Assembly (NCBI GenBank): GCA_035461305.1
Contig: DATHVN010000050.1
Span: 801-64,800 of the forward strand
DNA: 64,000 nt
Direction of reading: 5' to 3'
DNA from: Euzebyales bacterium
GTDB lineage: Bacteria; Actinomycetota; Nitriliruptoria; Euzebyales; JAHELV01
Shown: one piece after another, positions 58,562 through 64,000 of the stretch
Layout: each line of letters opens with the position of its first letter
Numbering within the stretch: the first letter of the stretch is position 1
Notes under the pieces: model-generated
The model's input: only the letters and a program-made list of their open reading frames with translations
Databases searched by the model: none
What the model was told of the DNA's origin: nothing
Program-made: the position numbers and the translations under genes

Positions 58562-58588
58562 GGCACGAGGTCTGCGCCCAGCGCCGCT

Positions 58589-58622
58589 CCCTGCCGCCGA
58601 ACGCCCCCTCACGGCGGCAGGG
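58589..58622 (+). terminator. Terminator-like hairpin after the ALDH pseudogene
   Basis: CCCTGCCGCCG (58589-58599) pairs with CGGCGGCAGGG (58612-58622). An alternative stem is ACGCCCCCT/AGGGGGCGT. Confidence 0.45.
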
Positions 58623-58697
58623 GGCGTGCGCACCCCGTGAGCTCCGACGACCACCGAAGGCCACGCGACCCGCGACCACGATGATCGCCGCCGTCGC

Positions 58698-59585
58698 GTG
58701 AGCGGGGTGGCGCTCGGCGCGGTCGCCGGCATCGGCTTCGGGCTGTTCCAGGTCGTCAACCGACGGGTCAACGCCGTCGCCGACATCTACCTGGCGACAT
58801 TCGGGCTGATGGCCGTCAGCACTGCTGTGCTCGTGGCGATCTCGGCGCTGACCGAGGACCCGGGCCAACTGCGCGGTGCGCCGCCGCTCGCGCTGGCGCT
58901 GTTCGCGTCGGCGGGGTTCGTGCACTTCTTCCTGGGGTGGACATTCCTCGGGCTCAGCCAGCAGCGGCTCGGGGCGGCCCGGACCGGGGCGCTGCTGGGA
59001 TCGGTCCCGCTGGTCGGTGCGGTGCTCGCCGTGGTCGCCCTCGGCGAGCCGTTGACGCTGAGCACCCTCGTCGCGCTGCTCGTCGTGGTCGCCGGCGTCG
59101 TCGCGATCTCGCTGCGGCCACGCGGGGCGCCGGGCGGCCCCACCGCGGTCTCCCTGCCGGGGCTCGTGTTCGCCTTGGCGACGGCCCTGTGCTGGTCGAT
59201 CTCGCCGCTGCTGATCCGCGTCGGGCTCGACCGCTTCGCCTCGCCGATCCTCGGCGTGACGGTCGGGATCGCCACGACCACGCTCGCCTACGGGGGGGTG
59301 GTGGCCGTCGTACGGCGGCGCAGGCACGGTCCACAGGAGCGTCCGCCACTGGCGCTGATGACCCTGGCCGGCACCCTGGTCGCGCTGTCGATCTGGTGGC
59401 AGTGGACGGCGTTCCAGCTCGCGCCGATCGCCGTGGTGCTCGCCGTCCTGCAGCTGTCGGCGCCGGTCGTCGCGATCGTCTCGCCGCTGGTGTCACGCGA
59501 CCCGCTGGAGCGAGGGGGCGTGCTGCTGTGGGTCGGGCTGGTGTGCGTGCTCTCCGGCGCATTGACGTTCCTGCTCGGCGGCTGA
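58698..59585 (+). CDS. EamA/DMT-family transporter
   Basis: About 10 hydrophobic segments and a duplicated EamA-like architecture. GTG start. Confidence 0.8.
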   Translation: MSGVALGAVAGIGFGLFQVVNRRVNAVADIYLATFGLMAVSTAVLVAISALTEDPGQLRGAPPLALALFASAGFVHFFLGWTFLGLSQQRLGAARTGALLGSVPLVGAVLAVVALGEPLTLSTLVALLVVVAGVVAISLRPRGAPGGPTAVSLPGLVFALATALCWSISPLLIRVGLDRFASPILGVTVGIATTTLAYGGVVAVVRRRRHGPQERPPLALMTLAGTLVALSIWWQWTAFQLAPIAVVLAVLQLSAPVVAIVSPLVSRDPLERGGVLLWVGLVCVLSGALTFLLGG

Positions 59586-59605
59586 GCGGACGGGGATCGT
59601 GCCTT

Positions 59606-59815
59606 CCGGGGAGCCGTGCGCCGATGACGGGCGCACGCCTCCCCGGAGCGCGCGGCGGCGCGTCTGCGGGGAGCCGCTGCGCGGATGGTGGGCGTTCGCC
59701 TCGCCGGAGCGCGCGGCGGCGCGTCGGTGGCGAGCCGCTGATGGTGGGCGTTCGCCTCGCCGGAGCGCGCGGCGGCGCCTCTGTGGGGAGTCAGCGCCCT
59801 CCTTGTGGTGGGTTG
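59606..59815 (+). repeat. Tandem array of 3 and a fraction copies of a 56-61-nt GC-rich repeat; the first copy forms a 17-bp hairpin
   Basis: Units start at 59606, 59664, 59725 and 59781 (the last is partial). The shared core is GATGGTGGGCGTTCGCCTCGCCGGAGCGCGCGGCGGCGC. The first unit reads CCGGGGAGCCGTGCGCC-GATGACG-GGCGCACGCCTCCCCGG. Confidence 0.8.
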
Positions 59816-59947
59816 ACCCCCCAGGGTGTGGCCTGCGCGGCGGGACAGGGGTCGGCACGGCCATTGGGACTGGACCTGTTCAGTGACACTGCACTACTCT
59901 GCTGCCGAGGATGCATTGAGGGGCGCAGCCCCGGAGGAGAGCCGACC

Positions 59948-61315
59948 ATGGGTGACCGGATCGTGGTGCGCGACGGGTTCGTCATGACGATGGACCCTGA
60001 CCTTGGAGATCTGCCGAGGGCCGATGTGCTGATCGAGGACGGGGCGATCGCCGCCGTCGGCCCCGACCTCGGCGCCGAGGAGGCCGAGGTCATCGAGGCC
60101 ACCGGCTGCATCGTCATGCCCGGCTTCATCGACAGCCACCGCCACACCTGGGAGGCAGCGATCCGGGGCTGCGCGCCCGACGCGACGCTCGACGACTACT
60201 TCGGCGCGGTGCTCGACTCGTTCGCACCCCACTACCGCGCTGAGGATGTCTACAACAGCAACCTGGCGGGGTCGCTGGAGTGCCTCAACGCCGGCATCAC
60301 GACGCTGGTCGACTGGTCGCACATCAACAACACGCCCGAGCACCCGGACGCGGCCATCGCTGCCCTCAAGGAGACGGGCATCCGTGCGCAATACGCCTAC
60401 GGCAGTGCGAACACGTCGATGAACGACTACTGGAACGGCAGCACGATCGCGGTACCTGCCGACGATGTCCGCCGCATCCGCGACACATACTTCTCCTCTG
60501 ATGACGGCCTGCTGACAATGGCCCTGGCGACCCGAGGCCCCACCTTCTGCGTCGACGACGTCGTCCGCGCAGAGTGGCACCTGGCGCGGGAACTGAACCT
60601 TCCGGTCACTGTGCACGTCGCGATGGCGAGCGCCGGTCGGTTCGGGATGGTCAAGCACCTCGCGCAACTGGACCTGCTGTACGAGGGCACGACGTACATC
60701 CACTCGTGCTACCTGAGCGAGGAGGAGTGGAGGATGGTCGCCGACAGCGGCGGCACGGTCTCGATTGCGCCGCAGGTCGAGATGACGATGGGTCACGGGT
60801 GGCCGCCCACCGGCACGTGCTATCAGCACGGGCTCCGACCGGGCCTGTCCGTCGACGTGGTCACGACCACTCCGGGGGACCTCTTCACGCAGATGCGCGC
60901 CGCGTTCGCCGGTGAGCGGGTGCAGGTCAACGCGGTGGCGTGGAAGGACGCCGTGCCGATCCCCGAGTCGACGGTCACGGCCCGCAACATGGTCGAGATG
61001 GCCACGATCAACGGCGCACACGTGGCGCAGGTCGAGGACCGCACCGGTTCGCTGACCGTCGGCAAGCAGGCCGACGTCGTCGTGATCGATGGCACCGCCA
61101 TCAACACGACGCCACTGTTCGACCCGTACGCGACGGTGGCGCTGTGCGCCGACGTGTCGAACGTCCGTGACGTCATCATCGGCGGTGTGGTCCGCAAGCG
61201 CGACGGTGCGCTCGTCGGCGACGTGGACACGGCCCGCCGCAAGGTCAACGAGTCCCGTGACTACCTGGTCAGCCGTGTCCCACGGCAGCCCACGTGGACC
61301 GCTGTCGAACGCTGA
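59948..61315 (+). CDS. Metal-dependent amidohydrolase-superfamily protein (deaminase/chlorohydrolase-like subgroup)
   Basis: PGFIDSHRHTWE (HxH), VHVA, 455 aa. RBS GGAGGAGA. Confidence 0.85.
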   Translation: MGDRIVVRDGFVMTMDPDLGDLPRADVLIEDGAIAAVGPDLGAEEAEVIEATGCIVMPGFIDSHRHTWEAAIRGCAPDATLDDYFGAVLDSFAPHYRAEDVYNSNLAGSLECLNAGITTLVDWSHINNTPEHPDAAIAALKETGIRAQYAYGSANTSMNDYWNGSTIAVPADDVRRIRDTYFSSDDGLLTMALATRGPTFCVDDVVRAEWHLARELNLPVTVHVAMASAGRFGMVKHLAQLDLLYEGTTYIHSCYLSEEEWRMVADSGGTVSIAPQVEMTMGHGWPPTGTCYQHGLRPGLSVDVVTTTPGDLFTQMRAAFAGERVQVNAVAWKDAVPIPESTVTARNMVEMATINGAHVAQVEDRTGSLTVGKQADVVVIDGTAINTTPLFDPYATVALCADVSNVRDVIIGGVVRKRDGALVGDVDTARRKVNESRDYLVSRVPRQPTWTAVER

Positions 61316-61328
61316 TCGGCAGGCCTCG

Positions 61329-62231
61329 ATGACGCGCAACCATCTGGTCGTCGGTCCGGCCGATGCCGACTACGTCGTCCCCGCCGAGCTCGCGGGGCAC
61401 TGCTCGGGGTTCCGGCGCTGGGCGGCGATCGACGAGCACAGCCCGTCGGTGCACATGCGGTTCTCGGTGTGCGAGCTCGAGCCCGGCGGGCAGGTCGACT
61501 GGCACGTCCGCTCGTTCGAGGAGAGCTTCTACATCGTCGACGGCCAGGTCGTGTGCGACACCGACGAGGGCGGGTTCCTGCTCGAGCCGGGCGACTACGG
61601 CGTCGTCGGCGTCGGCGCGCCACACGCGTGGCGCAACGTCGGCGACGCACCAGCGCGGTGGGCCGAGATGTCCGCCCCGCAGCCTCGGGCGGACAGGCGC
61701 CACACGTTCGTGGTGCCCGACAGGGAACGCGCAACCCCGCTGCGCCCCGACGTCCGTGATCCGCGCACACGCTCGATCGGCCACGTGTCGCCAGAGAACA
61801 TGGAGGTCGACAAGCAGACCCAGGAGCACCTGGCCGTCACGGCGAGCATGCGCACGGCGCTGCTGGTCTACAGCGGCATCACGGTCAAGATGATGGTGGA
61901 CTCCGACCTCGGCGCCGATCTGTCGACGATGTTCATGGTGCAGTACGTACCCCGCGGGTTCACAGGGCCCCACGACCACCCCCTCGAGGAGGCCTACATG
62001 ATCCTCGAGGGCGAGGTCGACGCCGAGTTCGACGGCGAGCCGTACCGCATGACGGTGGGCGACATCGCGGTCGCCGGCGTGGGCTGTCCCCACGCGTTCT
62101 CGAACCCCGGCGACGGCCCGGTGCGTTGGCTCGAGACCCAGGCTCCGCAACCGCCGGGGCGCCACTCGTACCGGTTCGCCCGTGACTGGACGTACCTGAC
62201 CGAGGCGCTCGGCGGTGGCGCAGACGGATGA
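61329..62231 (+). CDS. Bicupin protein
   Basis: It has two cupin modules: GGQVDWHVRSFEESFYIVDG..GAPHAW and GPHDHPLEEAYMILEGE..GCPHAF. Confidence 0.75.
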   Translation: MTRNHLVVGPADADYVVPAELAGHCSGFRRWAAIDEHSPSVHMRFSVCELEPGGQVDWHVRSFEESFYIVDGQVVCDTDEGGFLLEPGDYGVVGVGAPHAWRNVGDAPARWAEMSAPQPRADRRHTFVVPDRERATPLRPDVRDPRTRSIGHVSPENMEVDKQTQEHLAVTASMRTALLVYSGITVKMMVDSDLGADLSTMFMVQYVPRGFTGPHDHPLEEAYMILEGEVDAEFDGEPYRMTVGDIAVAGVGCPHAFSNPGDGPVRWLETQAPQPPGRHSYRFARDWTYLTEALGGGADG

Positions 62232-62241
62232 GGAACGGACG

Positions 62242-62943
62242 ATGACCGACGCAGCAGTGGTCGTGATCGGCGGCAGCTCCGGGCTGGGCATGGAGGTTGC
62301 GCGGCACTACGCAGACGCGGGGCGGCGGGTCGTCGTGACGAGCCGCGACGCGGATCGCGCCAACGACGCCGCGACCGCGGTGGGGGGCGAGACGACGGGG
62401 ATCGTGCTTGATCTGGTCGAGACGGACCGGATCGGCGAGCGCCTCGCGGAGATCGGACCGGTGGCGCTTCTGGTGATGAGCGCGATCGACCGCGACGAGA
62501 ACACCGTGCGCAGTTTCGACGTCGCACGCGCGACCCACCTCACGACGCTGAAGCTGGTCGGGTACGCCGAGGTCATCCACGCCCTGGTGGACCGCCTGGA
62601 TCACGACAGCTCCATCGTGCTGTTCGGCGGGCTTGCCAAGAGCCGGCCCTACCCGGGGTCGACGACGGTCACGACCGTCAACGGTGGCATCACGACCATG
62701 GTCCACACGCTCGCGGTCGAGCTGGCGCCGATCCGGGTCAACGCTCTGCATCCCGCGATCGTGGGCGACAGCCCCTACTGGAAGGACAAGCCCGCCGCGG
62801 TGCTCGAGGGCTTCCGCTCACGCACCCCGCTCGGTCGCCTGGTCACCATGGCCGACGTCGTGCACGCCACGGTCTTTCTGCTCGAGAACCGGTCCATGAC
62901 CGGGGCCAACGTCAACATCGACGGCGGCTGGCTGCTGATGTAG
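62242..62943 (+). CDS. Atypical SDR-family oxidoreductase
   Basis: It has the GGSSGLG Rossmann motif. The usual YxxxK position reads TTVNGGITTMV, so no catalytic Tyr/Lys pair is visible by eye. Confidence 0.8.
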   Translation: MTDAAVVVIGGSSGLGMEVARHYADAGRRVVVTSRDADRANDAATAVGGETTGIVLDLVETDRIGERLAEIGPVALLVMSAIDRDENTVRSFDVARATHLTTLKLVGYAEVIHALVDRLDHDSSIVLFGGLAKSRPYPGSTTVTTVNGGITTMVHTLAVELAPIRVNALHPAIVGDSPYWKDKPAAVLEGFRSRTPLGRLVTMADVVHATVFLLENRSMTGANVNIDGGWLLM

Positions 62944-63585
62944 GCCCGCGCCGTCGGGCGTCTCGTCGTTCCGGCCGAGGATGAACCAGACGGCCTGCGC
63001 CGGTTCGGTCCCGGGGTTTGACAAGCGGTGGACGGTCGTCGACGCGAAGGCGATCGAGTCGCCTACGCACAGGTCGGTGACCTCGTCGCCGACCTCGACG
63101 CGCAGTGTGCCGCTGACGACGTAGCCCCACTCCCGGCCCTTGTGTCGGTGCTGGGTGCCCTCGGGCACCGAGGCGCTGCCGGGTGCGTACACCAGTTGGA
63201 GGAAATCGACGCCGGCCTCGGACGCGCCGGTCAGGCGCTCCCACAGGACGCCCGGCGCCAGCTCGACCGACGCGCGGGCGCCGGCGCGCTGGACGCAGAC
63301 GTTGTGCGTCCCCATGCCGGGCGGCTCGGCCGGGCCGGTGAGCTGGGCGCCGAACAGCAGCTCGTCGACCGACAGGCCCAGCTCGACCGCCAGCGCGTAC
63401 AGCGTGTTGACCGACGGCCGGACCTTGGCCGTTTCGATCTGGGAGATGAGACTCGGCGAGACCCCGATGCGCGCGGCCAAGGTGCGCACCGTCATCTGCC
63501 TGGTCACACGCGCATGCCGCAGCCCCTCGCTGACGTCGGTCCAGACCGCGGCCAGGGCGGCATCGACGTCGGGGGAGTCAGCCAT
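62818..63585 (-). CDS. XRE-family HTH regulator with a C-terminal cupin domain
   Basis: MTVRTLAARIGVSPSLISQIETAK (HTH), then HRHKGREWGYVVSGTL..GDSIAF..VHR (cupin). The 3' tail overlaps the convergent SDR gene by 126 nt, so the true stop may be affected by a sequence error. Confidence 0.75.
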   Translation of the reverse strand: MADSPDVDAALAAVWTDVSEGLRHARVTRQMTVRTLAARIGVSPSLISQIETAKVRPSVNTLYALAVELGLSVDELLFGAQLTGPAEPPGMGTHNVCVQRAGARASVELAPGVLWERLTGASEAGVDFLQLVYAPGSASVPEGTQHRHKGREWGYVVSGTLRVEVGDEVTDLCVGDSIAFASTTVHRLSNPGTEPAQAVWFILGRNDETPDGAGLHQQPAAVDVDVGPGHGPVLEQKDRGVHDVGHGDQATERGA

Positions 63586-63678
63586 CGGTTGGTCGCCGTT
63601 CCTCGTGCTGCACCACCGTCGGGAGCAGTGACGTTCCGGCCAACGGTAGCGCAACACCCGGCGTGACCGTCCCGTCCC

Positions 63679-63705
63679 AGCCCACGACTGCAGCGGTCGT
63701 GGGCT
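63679..63705. terminator. Hairpin (10-bp stem)
   Basis: AGCCCACGAC-TGCAGCG-GTCGTGGGCT. It abuts the stop (63704-63706) of an uncertain minus-strand ORF entering from the window end. Confidence 0.35.
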
Positions 63706-64000
63706 ACGGTCGGACGGACGCTGAGGTCGGGGAGGGGACACGTGCCGACCCTACGCGCAGCCGATGGCCGGTGCTCGTGTCGCTGTGCTCATCGTCGCGT
63801 GCACCGACACCGAAGACACGCCTCAGCTCACCGTGAGTCGCCGTCGCCACGAGCGTCGCGGCCGCGTCGGGGTCGGTGCCGGCTGGGATCACACCGGATC
63901 TGCGCCGCGCCGTCGACTGGCAGCTGTCGTGGGCACCGCCGCCACGCAGTCCGCCCGCGGTGGCCTGACGATCCACCTCAACGAGATGGCGCTGACGCGT

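Noticed and set aside
59599-59886. ORF 59599..59886 and the N-terminal 330 codons of ORF 58937..61315 (also ORFs 46298..46534 and 46434.. upstream of 46548)
   Set aside because: They are encoded by the tandem repeats, so repeated peptides such as SPRRSARRR and GDVVPRMRWG simply mirror the DNA repeats. The real genes start at 59948 and 46548, each with a plausible start context.
63704-64000. A gene at the right edge, either the minus ORF ending at 63704 or a plus ORF from ATG 63764 (MAGARVAVLIVACTD..)
   Set aside because: The two frames share codon position 2, and by my count both have only about 76 percent GC at position 3, lower than the confident genes. Neither translation shows a recognisable motif. 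A hairpin abutting the minus-strand stop slightly favours the minus ORF, but I cannot support a call.

Overview
A gene-dense, very GC-rich chromosomal segment of actinobacterial type, with frequent GTG starts, 4-nt overlapping stop/start codons and a Tat signal peptide. I found no rRNA, tRNA, CRISPR array, transposase or integrase. Layout: (1) 1-5.6 kb holds a peroxiredoxin and a small signalling locus. That locus contains two low-complexity membrane-anchored proteins (one Arg/Ser/Asp-repeat, one poly-Asp), a Ser/Thr kinase, a histidine kinase and an OmpR-type response regulator. Both of its transcription units are preceded by the same 28-nt operator-like motif, and all three signalling genes carry a single frameshift at a short homopolymer. 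(2) 5.6-9.3 kb holds cspA and housekeeping-type genes. (3) 9.5-15.5 kb is a minus-strand urate/allantoin catabolic operon: class-A flavin monooxygenase, allantoinase, an allantoicase-OHCU decarboxylase fusion, HIU hydrolase and a citrate-lyase/aldolase-like gene. No canonical uricase is present. (4) 15.6-20.6 kb holds a STAND-type NTPase-HTH regulator and acyl-CoA genes. (5) 20.6-63.6 kb is a mosaic accessory catabolic island with two LacI regulators, one MocR regulator and one XRE-cupin regulator. It also carries a Dpp-like ABC importer, an MFS and an EamA transporter, and many oxidoreductases and hydrolases: two M24 proteins, creatininase family, amidohydrolases, two LVIVD propeller paralogs, an orphan molybdopterin subunit, and E1 alpha/beta without E2. 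Eight LacI-type operators tie much of this island into one apparent regulon. The island is rich in decayed genes (at least 8 frameshifted, truncated or deleted). It also contains two intergenic tandem arrays of roughly 58-nt hairpin-forming repeats, and a 59-nt inverted copy of a phytanoyl-CoA-dioxygenase gene segment inserted in frame into an aldehyde dehydrogenase pseudogene. All calls come from reading the translations and the DNA by eye. Starts are approximate where noted, and no database search was possible.
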